45,623 nt of DNA, from the NCBI GenBank assembly GCA_036260755.1, contig DATAMD010000357.1, forward strand, positions 1-45,623, given 5' to 3'. Made by a program: the position numbers and the translations under genes. The notes below the pieces were generated by a model. That model worked only from the letters and a program-made list of their open reading frames with translations. It did not search any database and had not been told where the DNA came from. Numbering within the stretch: the stretch's first letter is position 1; each line of letters begins with the position of its first letter. This document shows, piece by piece, positions 8,910-17,883 of the stretch. The stretch is from Chitinophagaceae bacterium. Its GTDB lineage: Bacteria > Bacteroidota > Bacteroidia > Chitinophagales > Chitinophagaceae.

Positions 8910-9129
8910 TCGGTAAAAATAAGCGAAATAGATTTGTTTTTTGTTAATAGGCTGTGGTAATTGCGCCAACCCGCGATTACTTACCGAACTTTATTGATAG
9001 ATTAATACACGCCATTGGTATCTTATTTCAATAGAAACAATGATAAAAAAACTGGGTCATATAATTCCAAGAAATTAATTTATTCTGTGAAATAATTATT
9101 TAATAAGATTATCTTAACTTTTATGGTAT

Positions 9130-9137
9130 TATTTTTG
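9130..9137 (+). promoter_or_regulatory. Bacteroidetes-type -7 promoter box
   Basis: TATTTTTG matches TAnnTTTG, 30 nt upstream of ATG 9168. Confidence 0.3.
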
Positions 9138-9167
9138 AATATTGCAATGCAATAAAAATTAATAATT

Positions 9168-9989
9168 ATGAAAATGTTTTTGCCTGTTCTCTTTGTGCTT
9201 ATTTGCTTTAATGCAAAATCTCAAACCGATACGCTTTATACCAACAGCGAAAAGATTGCCTGCAGTGTTAAAGAAATTACACCCGATGCGGTAAGATTTG
9301 CATATCCCGGAGAAGATTTAATTAATTCGGTATATAAAAATACTATTCAGAAAATTGTGTTTAAGTCGGGGCGTGTTCAAACCTTTGCCGAATCTACTTC
9401 GTATAAAACTGTAAAAGGTGCCGAAGACTATGAAAACGTTGCTTTAAGCCAGGTTGAATCGGAAGTAAAAGGATTATTTAAAGTGGGTGATGTTAGTTCT
9501 AAAGCAAAGGGTACCACTGTTTTTTCCAGTATGGAAAAAGTTAAAGAAAGGGCTATTAAAAAATTAAAAATCCAGGCGGCAATGTTGGGGGCAAATATTA
9601 TTTATATAACTCAAAGTAATACAAGCGGCAATCAATATGGCACGCAATATCAGGCCGGTAAAACTACCGAAACAAATTTTGCAGGCGTTGCTTACTCAAA
9701 TCTGCTGCCGGTTTACAACGATTTTATAAAAGCGATAGGAGATAAAAAAGATTTTTATGCTTTTGAAAAATATAAACTTGCGGGCAGTGATTTTGATTTT
9801 GAAAAGAAAATTTTTTCGGGAAGCGTGCAACTCCAAAATGTGTATAACGAAAACGGGTTAATTATGGTTACTGCAAAAATCGATGGCGTTGATAATACAA
9901 CTTTCAGAGTTATTTCTTTTACGGATAATCAATTTATTATTTCGTACAAGGATGGAGAGAGGATTTATAATTACAGAATTACGATTTAG
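9168..9989 (+). CDS. hypothetical secreted protein
   Basis: 273-aa ORF with signal peptide MKMFLPVLFVLICFNAKSQ. No family recognised by eye. Clean ATG behind a -7 box. Confidence 0.55.
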   Translation: MKMFLPVLFVLICFNAKSQTDTLYTNSEKIACSVKEITPDAVRFAYPGEDLINSVYKNTIQKIVFKSGRVQTFAESTSYKTVKGAEDYENVALSQVESEVKGLFKVGDVSSKAKGTTVFSSMEKVKERAIKKLKIQAAMLGANIIYITQSNTSGNQYGTQYQAGKTTETNFAGVAYSNLLPVYNDFIKAIGDKKDFYAFEKYKLAGSDFDFEKKIFSGSVQLQNVYNENGLIMVTAKIDGVDNTTFRVISFTDNQFIISYKDGERIYNYRITI

Positions 9990-10144
9990 CATTAACGCAT
10001 CAATCAATTAATAACTGTTGCTATGAATTCAATTCGGGACTTTGAAACGAGTCCCGATTGCATCGGAATAAACTATGCAACAGGAGATGCCCTGATAGTA
10101 TCGGGGGGCCGGCTACAAAATACTTCTACCGATAACATAAAAAA

Positions 10145-11014
10145 TTAATCCAGCAAATTAGCCAGTTGTTTTAATTCGTTTTGTTTGTATTCGTTAGACG
10201 GGAGATCGAAACATTTGGCAACTTCTTCGGCCAATACCTGAATGATTCTTTTGTGCGATAAAGGTTTGTAATAAGATGCAACAGGCGGCACATTGATACG
10301 CTTAAAATAATTTTCTATGTCTTTGTGCGAATAAGCTTGCCCGTTAACGCCATCAACATAAAAATGAATTTTTTCCTGCGGATTACCTTTATACGTTTCG
10401 GCATCAAAATCTGTTTGATAAAATGCAATGATCATTTGTTTTGGGATGTTGATGATCTTGGCATTAATATCCAGCAACTCGCACATCACCTGATAAATAA
10501 TTCCGTTGCTGATGGCATTGCCGTTCTTGGTTTCTAAAACTTTATTGATAAAAAATTCATCGTGATTGGTATAATTAACCTCGGCACCTTTTAACTGATA
10601 ATAATTATACATGATGCTCGATAAAACATTGGCTTGTTCGAGCGGCGTGAGGTAGCTGTTTAATTCTAACCAAACATTGCGCCTTATTTTTTCAATATCC
10701 TGTAACACAGGCGTAGTGTGCAGATCGGGATATTGAAACTTGGCAATTAATAAGGCACCAAATAAAAGATCGTGGTATGAACTGTTTTTCCATTCAATTA
10801 AATCGTTGGTGAGATCGGTGTAGTGCAAGCGATGGATAAGCATTTCAATTCTTTCCTGCACATCTTCACTTAAAGTATTTTCCCATAAATCTTCCAGATT
10901 AGGAATAATGCCTTTTCCAAACTCAACGATCTTTTCCGATACGGTTGAATAAACTTCATGATCGGGATCGTCTATCAGGGTAAACAGTGCGTTGATTTCC
11001 TTTGTCTGTTGCAT
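10145..11014 (-). CDS. conserved hypothetical protein, possibly transglutaminase-like / SirB1-like
   Basis: 289-aa ORF with no signal peptide. It resembles Bacteroidetes proteins usually annotated as transglutaminase family. This assignment is from memory only. Confidence 0.45.
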   Translation of the reverse strand: MQQTKEINALFTLIDDPDHEVYSTVSEKIVEFGKGIIPNLEDLWENTLSEDVQERIEMLIHRLHYTDLTNDLIEWKNSSYHDLLFGALLIAKFQYPDLHTTPVLQDIEKIRRNVWLELNSYLTPLEQANVLSSIMYNYYQLKGAEVNYTNHDEFFINKVLETKNGNAISNGIIYQVMCELLDINAKIINIPKQMIIAFYQTDFDAETYKGNPQEKIHFYVDGVNGQAYSHKDIENYFKRINVPPVASYYKPLSHKRIIQVLAEEVAKCFDLPSNEYKQNELKQLANLLD

Positions 11015-11367
11015 AACTTTATGTTTTGAGTGATGGCAACCATTTCAATAACGTTGAATATTGTGCTGCCATTTCATTATCAAACTAAAATATTTTTTCT
11101 TAAAGCGCAATCATTTACTTATTCATAATTGTGGAAACATCTTTTTTGAGATACACAATCTTTTTAAAACTTTTACGTTAGGCTTCTTCACCGCCACATA
11201 GCCGAACTTTTCAGATACCGCTAAGTCAATGCATATCAATGCTATTTGCGTCACTAAAAATAAATGACAAAGTCATTACTATTTTCAATCTGCAATACAT
11301 CAAAATTAACAAGATGGTTAATTGCCCACGATTTAAATTGCACAATTAATAGTTTCAATTTTAGTTT

Positions 11368-12447
11368 ATGTCAACAACATCTTATGTACCTAAGTTTCCC
11401 GCTTCAAACGATTCGCTGCATGCGGAATTAAGAAAAAGGGTTCAACAATATTTTGAAGAAAAAGGTATCAGGGCTACCGGCACCACAGGTTTATTTACCA
11501 AAGCAACTTTAATGATTGCTGGTTTCATCATCGTTTATATTCAGTTATTGGTTTGGACGCCGGTATGGTTTATAGCATTGGCAGAATGTATTATTCTGGG
11601 CGGATTGATTGCCGGTATTGGTTTTAATGTAATGCACGATGGAAGCCACGGAAGCTTTTCTAAAAATAAATTAACAAATAAATTAGCGGCCTATTCGGCA
11701 AATATTGTAGGCGCCAATCATTTTATGTGGAACATGAAACATAATATGATCCATCACAGTTTTACCAATGTTGATGGTGTGGATGATGATATTGAAATCG
11801 GATTTTTAATGCGTATGGCTCCCACACAAAAACGCATGTGGGTGCATCGTTTCCAGCATTTTTATTTTTGGGTTTTATATTCTATGTTGTATGTGTTCTG
11901 GATATTTTTTACCGATTATCAAAAATATTTCAGTCAGCGTATCGGCGCATTTCCATTAAAAAAGATGAACATAAAAAATCATATTGCTTTTTGGCTGATT
12001 AAAATTTATCATGGTTTTGTGTTCATTGCATTGCCCGTTATTTTGGTTGGATGGTTGCCCTGGCTGATTGGTTTTTTAACCATGAGTTTGGTATCGGGTT
12101 TTATTTTAAGCATCGTTTTTCAATTGGCGCATACCGTTGAAGGTACTGAGTTTCCTTTGGCCGATGCAAACAGCAAATTACCCGATGAGTTTGCAGCGCA
12201 TCAAATTAAAACAACAGCCAACTTTGCTACTAAAAATAAATTGGTAAGTTGGTTGGTTGGCGGATTAAATTTTCAGATCGAGCATCATTTATTTCCAAAA
12301 ATTTCTCATGTGCATTATCCTGCCGTCAGTAAAATTGTCAGAACTGTTTGCAGAGAGTATAAATTGCAATACATCGAATATCCAACCATGCGAAGGGCCA
12401 TTGTGGCGCATGTTCGGTTCTTAAAACAAATGGGTAAGTACGACTAA
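11368..12447 (+). CDS. membrane fatty-acid desaturase
   Basis: Three His boxes (HDGSHG, HNMIHH, QIEHHLFP) and multiple TM segments. Confidence 0.85.
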   Translation: MSTTSYVPKFPASNDSLHAELRKRVQQYFEEKGIRATGTTGLFTKATLMIAGFIIVYIQLLVWTPVWFIALAECIILGGLIAGIGFNVMHDGSHGSFSKNKLTNKLAAYSANIVGANHFMWNMKHNMIHHSFTNVDGVDDDIEIGFLMRMAPTQKRMWVHRFQHFYFWVLYSMLYVFWIFFTDYQKYFSQRIGAFPLKKMNIKNHIAFWLIKIYHGFVFIALPVILVGWLPWLIGFLTMSLVSGFILSIVFQLAHTVEGTEFPLADANSKLPDEFAAHQIKTTANFATKNKLVSWLVGGLNFQIEHHLFPKISHVHYPAVSKIVRTVCREYKLQYIEYPTMRRAIVAHVRFLKQMGKYD

Positions 12448-12473
12448 TAAGATATTGTATACAGCTTAGAAGA

Positions 12474-12498
12474 CTTCGGCATTTGCCGGAGTTTTTTT
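12474..12498 (+). terminator. intrinsic terminator after the desaturase gene
   Basis: CTTCGGCA (12474-12481), TT, TGCCGGAG (12484-12491), then TTTTTTT. Confidence 0.65.
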
Positions 12499-12580
12499 AT
12501 TTTCTGATTTTTATCATATAATAAAGTTTGGTTATTAGAAATTTTTGCATTTATTTTAACCAACCAAAAAACTAATTACC

Positions 12581-13015
12581 ATGAAAAAAATGTTCTTATT
12601 AATCTCAATTCTTTTAGGCTTTCAATTAAGTTATGCTGTTGTTCCATCAACAGTTAACAAAGCCGATCATAAAGTTGTACTCTCTGTTGCCGAAAGGGCA
12701 AGGTTAGAAAAGTTTTCAAAAATGACAGTGAAGGAATATGAATTATCCACTGGCAAAAAAATGAATGCTTTTCAAAAAATCGCTTTTAAATCGGCACAGC
12801 GAAAAGCAGCAAAACAATTGAAGGCTGCTTATGGAGACAGTGAAACCGAAGGATTTAATTTTGGGGGATTTTTATTGGGCCTTATCTTAGGCGGTATTGG
12901 CGTATTAGGCGCATATATTTTTTCTAAAGACCGCAATTTTCGCAAATGGGCATGGCTTGGATGGGGTACATGGGTTGCCATTTACTTAATATCGCTTTTG
13001 TTTGCCGCACATTAA
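12581..13015 (+). CDS. hypothetical membrane protein
   Basis: Signal peptide MKKMFLLISILLGFQLSYA plus two C-terminal hydrophobic helices. 144 aa. Confidence 0.5.
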   Translation: MKKMFLLISILLGFQLSYAVVPSTVNKADHKVVLSVAERARLEKFSKMTVKEYELSTGKKMNAFQKIAFKSAQRKAAKQLKAAYGDSETEGFNFGGFLLGLILGGIGVLGAYIFSKDRNFRKWAWLGWGTWVAIYLISLLFAAH

Positions 13016-13040
13016 TTTGAAATATATAGCTAAATAAAAA

Positions 13041-13069
13041 AGCTTCAGCAATTGACTGAAGCTTTTTTA
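13041..13069. terminator. bidirectional intrinsic terminator between convergent genes
   Basis: AGCTTCAG (13041-13048), 7-nt loop, CTGAAGCT (13056-13063). Flanked by an A-run upstream and TTTTTT downstream. Confidence 0.7.
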
Positions 13070-13079
13070 TTTTAATTAT

Positions 13080-13131
13080 GTTACCGGCTACAGAATGCTT
13101 ATGTGGCTTTGGTTGCGTCGCACTCTTCAAC
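13080..13131 (-). repeat. bipartite intergenic element, copy B
   Basis: GTTACCGGC (13080-13088), 23 nt, GTTGCGTCGCACTCTTCAAC (13112-13131). This is the reverse complement of the copy A architecture. It starts 14 nt after the topA stop. Confidence 0.85.
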
Positions 13132-13144
13132 GTTTAGTTCGCTA

Positions 13145-15700
13145 TTATTTTTTCTTCGAAGTTTTCTTTGTTGCTGTTTTTTTCACGGTTGATTTTTTTG
13201 CAAATGCATTAGGCACTTGTTCTTCAATCATTTTTTTTATGGTATCCAAATCAATTGTTGAAAGTTCTGAAGCTTCATATTTTGTTCCATCTGCTTTTTT
13301 ACCAAGCTTAAGCATTTTCTTCTGAAAGCGAATAAATGCACCCCATCTTCCGTTCTCGATAGATATTTTTTCTGCCGGCCATTGCTGAATAAAACGATTG
13401 GCTTCTTTATCAATTTTTTTCTCAATCAATTCTTTAATATCATTCTCGCTTAACGCATCAAAATTATACGCCCTTGGAATATTGATGTACATATCGTTCC
13501 ACTTAATAAAAGGGCCAAATCTTCCTTTGCCTTTTGTTACCCGAAGTTCTTCATAAAAACCAATCGGTGCATCGGCGTGTTGCTTTTCATTAATTAATTG
13601 AATGGCTCTGTCTAATTCAATGGTATGTAAATCTTCGCCTTTCGGAATAGAAATAAATTGTTCGCCTAATTTAATGTATGGGCCAAACCTTCCAACATTA
13701 ACGCTTAATTCCATTCCTTCATATTCGCCCAATGTTCTTGGCAATTCAAATAATTTCATTGCCTCATCAAACGTAATGGTTTCGATACTTTGCGTAGATT
13801 TTAATTTTGCAAAACGTGGCTTCTCTTCTTCGTTATTGCTATCACCAATTTGCACCATCGCACCATAACGCCCCATTCTTGCAATAACTTTTTTACCGCT
13901 TGCAGCATCAACACCTAATTCTCTTTCGCCCTTGGCACGTTCGGCATTTTCTAAAGTATGTTCAATACCAACATGAAATGGTTTATAAAAATCATCGATC
14001 ATTTTATTCCATTGCATTTTGCCTTCGGCAATTTCATCAAACTCCTGTTCAATAAACGCAGTAAAACCGTAATCCATCACTTTATCAAAATGTTGTTTCA
14101 AAAAATCTGTTACAACACTGCCCAGATCGGTTGGAAATAATTTCGATTTTTCGGCGCCTGTATTTTCAAACGAACTCGATTTTTCTATTGCATTATTTTT
14201 TGTTAACCTCAATAAATTTACTTCGCGTTTAACACCTTCCTTATCGCGTTTTTCAACATAATTTCTTTTAACAATTGTAGAAATAGTTGGTGCATAAGTT
14301 GATGGGCGGCCAATGCCTAATTCCTCCAACTTCTTTACCAGCGAGGCTTCTGTGTATCTTGCTGCGGGCCGGGAAAATTTTTCGGTTGCAGTCATTTCCC
14401 TAAAATCTAAAATCTGGTTTACACGCAACGGCGGCAGTATGCCTTCGTTATCTTCTTCATCTTCATCATCTTTTCCTTCGAGATAAATTTTCAAAAAACC
14501 ATCAAACTTCATCACTTCGCCGGTTGCTGAAAGTTGTTCGTTATTGGTGCTGATATTAATTTTTGCAGTGGTCTTTTCAAATTCGGCATCACTCATCTGC
14601 GAAGCAATGGTTCTTCTCCAAATTAATTCATACAAACGTTTCAGATCAACATCATCAACCGTTTTATTATTCATGTATGTTGGGCGAATGGCTTCATGCG
14701 CTTCCTGTGCGCTATCATTTTTATTTTTAAATTTTCTCGGCTGATGATAATTATCGCCGTACGAATTTTTAATTTCTTTGCTGATATCTGCCAATGCTGT
14801 ATCACTTAAATTAATACTGTCGGTACGCATATAAGTTATCTTACCGCTTTCGTATAATTTTTGTGCCAGCAACATGGTTTTACTAACACCATAACCTAAT
14901 TTTCTGGAAGCTTCCTGTTGCAAGGTGGATGTAGTAAAAGGCGCAGCCGGTGTACGTTTGCCGGGCTTTACCTGGATATCCGTTACCGTATAATTTGCGG
15001 CCTTGCAGGTTTCTAAAAAATGTGCGGCATCCTGTTGTGTATTAACTTTCGAAGGGCCGTCGGCTTTAAACGTAACATCTTTTCCGTTAATACCTTTTGC
15101 AGCAAATAGTGCTTCAATTTTATAACTGCTCTCTGCAATAAACTGGTTAATTTCTCTTTCTCTTTCAACAATCAATCGCACTGCAACGCTTTGTACACGG
15201 CCTGCACTTAAACTTCGTTGCATACCAATTTTTCGCCATAGAACCGGACTTAATTCAAATCCTACCAATCTATCCAGCACACGCCTGGCTTGTTGTGCAT
15301 TAACCAAATTCATATCAATTAATCTGGGATTATCAACTGCTTTTCTAATGGCTGGTGCAGTAATTTCATGAAACACAATTCGCTTGGTTGTTTTAGGATC
15401 CAGTCCCAATACTTCAGCCAAATGCCAACTGATACTTTCTCCTTCGCGGTCCTCATCCGATGCCAGCCAAACTTCATCGGCTTTTTTTGCCAACTGCTTC
15501 AAATCCTTTACTACTTTGGATTTATCGTCGGGTACAAAATATCGCGGCGTATAATTATTATTTACGTCAATGCCCATATCATCTTTTTCCAGATCACGGA
15601 TATGGCCGTAACAGCTCTTTACTTCGAAATTACTTCCAAGTATTTTTTCAATTGTTTTTGCTTTTGCAGGCGACTCAACGATCAATAGATTTTTTGCCAT
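13145..15700 (-). CDS. topA: DNA topoisomerase I
   Basis: 851 aa. TOPRIM N-terminus LLIVESPAKAKTIEKILG, active-site region GKITYMRTDS, C-terminal repeated domains and a Lys-rich tail. Confidence 0.95.
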   Translation of the reverse strand: MAKNLLIVESPAKAKTIEKILGSNFEVKSCYGHIRDLEKDDMGIDVNNNYTPRYFVPDDKSKVVKDLKQLAKKADEVWLASDEDREGESISWHLAEVLGLDPKTTKRIVFHEITAPAIRKAVDNPRLIDMNLVNAQQARRVLDRLVGFELSPVLWRKIGMQRSLSAGRVQSVAVRLIVEREREINQFIAESSYKIEALFAAKGINGKDVTFKADGPSKVNTQQDAAHFLETCKAANYTVTDIQVKPGKRTPAAPFTTSTLQQEASRKLGYGVSKTMLLAQKLYESGKITYMRTDSINLSDTALADISKEIKNSYGDNYHQPRKFKNKNDSAQEAHEAIRPTYMNNKTVDDVDLKRLYELIWRRTIASQMSDAEFEKTTAKINISTNNEQLSATGEVMKFDGFLKIYLEGKDDEDEEDNEGILPPLRVNQILDFREMTATEKFSRPAARYTEASLVKKLEELGIGRPSTYAPTISTIVKRNYVEKRDKEGVKREVNLLRLTKNNAIEKSSSFENTGAEKSKLFPTDLGSVVTDFLKQHFDKVMDYGFTAFIEQEFDEIAEGKMQWNKMIDDFYKPFHVGIEHTLENAERAKGERELGVDAASGKKVIARMGRYGAMVQIGDSNNEEEKPRFAKLKSTQSIETITFDEAMKLFELPRTLGEYEGMELSVNVGRFGPYIKLGEQFISIPKGEDLHTIELDRAIQLINEKQHADAPIGFYEELRVTKGKGRFGPFIKWNDMYINIPRAYNFDALSENDIKELIEKKIDKEANRFIQQWPAEKISIENGRWGAFIRFQKKMLKLGKKADGTKYEASELSTIDLDTIKKMIEEQVPNAFAKKSTVKKTATKKTSKKK

Positions 15701-15724
15701 TCTATATAATTATGATATTGTTTT

Positions 15725-15776
15725 TTAACCGGCTTTTGTATTACTATTTAGCTGCGGTTGCGTCGCACACTTCAAC
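15725..15776 (-). repeat. bipartite intergenic element, copy C
   Basis: TTAACCGGC (15725-15733), 23 nt, GTTGCGTCGCACACTTCAAC (15757-15776). Box2 lies 24 nt upstream of the topA ATG. Confidence 0.8.
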
Positions 15777-15835
15777 TGTCGGGATGTGCTTCGGCAGTTG
15801 CAATATTAGTTCAAACTGTTAAATCACAAAAAATC

Positions 15836-16696
15836 TTACACGAGCGTAAAGAACGAAACAATCTGTTTGGCAACTTTATTTTCTTTATAGATACGGCTAT
15901 GGCCCAAGCCATTGGTAATATAAAATTGCACCGAGGGAAGGTTCATTCTTTGCACCGGCAATACATCTTCGAACGAACAAACCATATCTTCTGTATCGTG
16001 CAGCCAGAGTATGTTTGCGGCAATATTGGTTAATGCCCTGCTCACCGAAAAATAGGAGATAGGCTCGCCGGCTAATTCTGACAAAACTTCTTCAAATTCT
16101 TTTTTATATGAATGATTGAGTTGAATGAGGTTAAAAAAATTATCAACAGCCCTGTAAGTTTCGGTTGCCGGAGCAATTAAAACTAATTTTTGAAGGGTTT
16201 TAATTTTTTCTGCGGCTAAAGCTGCCGACAGTCCGCCCAACGAATGCGCTATGATGCCAAACAGTTGCCCATATTTTTTTTCAATCTCCAGAATCATGTT
16301 TCTGTAAACTAAAGCATTCACTCTTTTTCCTTCACTCATTCCGTGCGCCGGTGCATCAAATGCCAATACTTCGAATCCCTCGGTTTTTAAAAGCGAGACA
16401 TATTTTTCGAATTTATAACTGTAACTATTAAAACCATGTGCAATTAATATTTTTTTTGGATTGGGTTGATCAGATTTCCATCTCCATCCATTAACAATTA
16501 GTTTATTTTTTAATTCAAAACTTAATTTTTCGGCATGATGAAATACAGGCGGGGCATGCAATTTATTTCTTTTGCCAAACGGGGTACAAAATAAATCCAA
16601 AGCTTTTTCGGCCGCTAAACGCGGTGATACCAAGGCAATGGTATTTAATTTTGTTTTATAATATTTGATGGCTATTCTTTGTTTCAAATTGCGCAT
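15836..16696 (-). CDS. alpha/beta-fold hydrolase
   Basis: Nucleophile elbow AHSLGG and HGF oxyanion region. ATG 16696 (MRNLKQRIAIKYY) is preferred over the upstream start at 16783. Confidence 0.75.
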   Translation of the reverse strand: MRNLKQRIAIKYYKTKLNTIALVSPRLAAEKALDLFCTPFGKRNKLHAPPVFHHAEKLSFELKNKLIVNGWRWKSDQPNPKKILIAHGFNSYSYKFEKYVSLLKTEGFEVLAFDAPAHGMSEGKRVNALVYRNMILEIEKKYGQLFGIIAHSLGGLSAALAAEKIKTLQKLVLIAPATETYRAVDNFFNLIQLNHSYKKEFEEVLSELAGEPISYFSVSRALTNIAANILWLHDTEDMVCSFEDVLPVQRMNLPSVQFYITNGLGHSRIYKENKVAKQIVSFFTLV

Positions 16697-17043
16697 GCAA
16701 CAAAGATAAGTGTGCGTTGTAAACAGATGTGTATTAAAAAAATAATCCCCGCCGGAAAAACCAAACGGGGATATACTGAGCAAGCAACCGAGACTCTTAT
16801 AAAAATATATTTAAATAATGGAATTGTTATTGCAGCAGTGTGCTTTGTTTCTAAAAACAATCTTCAGGCACACCTGAAAAAAAATAATAAGTTTTGGTTT
16901 TTAATAAATGGTAGCACAATTTGTAAAAATATTTCGAAACCAACAAATCTTATTCATAAATAATTTTAATATGGGTTTAAAATATTTCCCTATCTCGTTG
17001 TAAAATCATTTCATTCACCGGCTTCATTATAAATGATTTGAAA

Positions 17044-17051
17044 TACTTTTG
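17044..17051 (+). promoter_or_regulatory. Bacteroidetes-type -7 promoter box
   Basis: TACTTTTG is an exact TAnnTTTG match, 19 nt upstream of ATG 17071. The ORF-track TTG 17038 lies upstream of the box. Confidence 0.4.
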
Positions 17052-17070
17052 CAGCCGAAAGAGAAGTCTT

Positions 17071-17406
17071 ATGTATTCTATTAAAATTAAGTTCGAACAA
17101 AAAGGATTAGAGCCCGTAACACTCGAAAACATTGCGCCCGGCGACAGTCTATTGGAAATATTTTTGGATCATGATATTGATTTGCACCATAACTGCGGCG
17201 GCGTTTGCGCCTGCAGCACCTGCCATTTATATTTAGACAAGGGCGAAGAATTTATTGAAGAACTCAGCGAAAAGGAAGAAGATTTTATCGACCGCGCCGT
17301 TAACCCCAGAATAAATTCACGCTTAGGTTGCCAATGCGTTTTACAAGAGGGAACCGGTGTAATTGAAGTAACTTTACCCGATCAAACACAATTCTTAGGA
17401 GAATAA
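17071..17406 (+). CDS. fdx: 2Fe-2S ferredoxin, ISC/adrenodoxin type
   Basis: Cys ligand pattern CGGVCACSTCH plus a distal C (LGCQC), as in ISC-type Fdx. 111 aa from ATG 17071. Confidence 0.8.
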   Translation: MYSIKIKFEQKGLEPVTLENIAPGDSLLEIFLDHDIDLHHNCGGVCACSTCHLYLDKGEEFIEELSEKEEDFIDRAVNPRINSRLGCQCVLQEGTGVIEVTLPDQTQFLGE

Positions 17407-17496
17407 AATTAATTTGAGAATGCATTAATTTGAAAACACAGAAACCAACCTTTTAGTTTTTAAATTATTCAATTTTCAAATTGTCAAATTAAAATT

Positions 17497-17739
17497 ATGA
17501 GTCATTTTGAGCCACCCATTCACTGGAACGATTACGAAGACATAGCATTAAAATTATACGAACGTTTTGGAGATGATTTTAATGAATCAAAAATTTACCG
17601 GCTGCGTTTTACCGATTTATTAGAGTGGGTTTTGCAAATACCTAATTTTGTTGGCACCCGCGAACAAAGTAATGAAGGCCATTTAGAAATGATTCAGAGC
17701 AGTTGGGTGTACGAATGGCGCGATAACCAGAAGAAATAA
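17497..17739 (+). CDS. iscX: Fe-S cluster assembly protein IscX (YfhJ family)
   Basis: 80 aa. It aligns by eye to E. coli IscX landmarks (W.D..DIA..LY, RFTDL..WV, SNEGHLEMIQSSW). Confidence 0.7.
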   Translation: MSHFEPPIHWNDYEDIALKLYERFGDDFNESKIYRLRFTDLLEWVLQIPNFVGTREQSNEGHLEMIQSSWVYEWRDNQKK

Positions 17740-17743
17740 TTTT

Positions 17744-17829
17744 TATTACACAGATTAATTCGAATTACACGAATTAATACAATAAACTATTTTGCGAACT
17801 CGTGTAATTAGCTAAAATTCGTGTAATAA
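17744..17829. repeat. 33-bp imperfect inverted repeat built from TTCGTGTAAT units
   Basis: Left arm TTATTACACAGATTAATTCGAATTACACGAATT (17744-17775). Right arm AACTCGTGTAATTAGCTAAAATTCGTGTAATAA (17797-17829). Four (C/T)GTGTAAT units, two in each orientation. Confidence 0.7.
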
Positions 17830-17883
17830 ATTGGCAAATGCATTTTAATTACCACATTTGCAGTATCATTTAACCCCACGCAA

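Noticed and set aside
10031-10060. tRNA fragment or att-site remnant (GAGTCCCGA resembles a T-arm)
   Set aside because: There is no acceptor stem, anticodon arm or D-arm, the match is only a few nucleotides, and no integrase is nearby.
13095-13425. ORFs of 76 aa (+) and 62 aa (-) at the topA 3' end
   Set aside because: The plus ORF starts within repeat copy B and runs antisense into topA. The minus ORF is an internal alternative frame of topA. No independent support exists for either.
15368-16033. Plus-strand ORFs (106, 120 and 91 aa) across the topA 5' end, copy C and the hydrolase 3' end
   Set aside because: They are antisense to well-supported genes and pass through the repeat element. 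Their sequences are compositionally odd (Phe/Ile/Tyr-rich).
16679-16963. 94-aa plus-strand ORF in the hydrolase/fdx divergent spacer
   Set aside because: It starts inside the hydrolase gene's 5' region. It has no -7 box, and its sequence is Lys/Ile/Asn-rich noise typical of AT-rich spacers.
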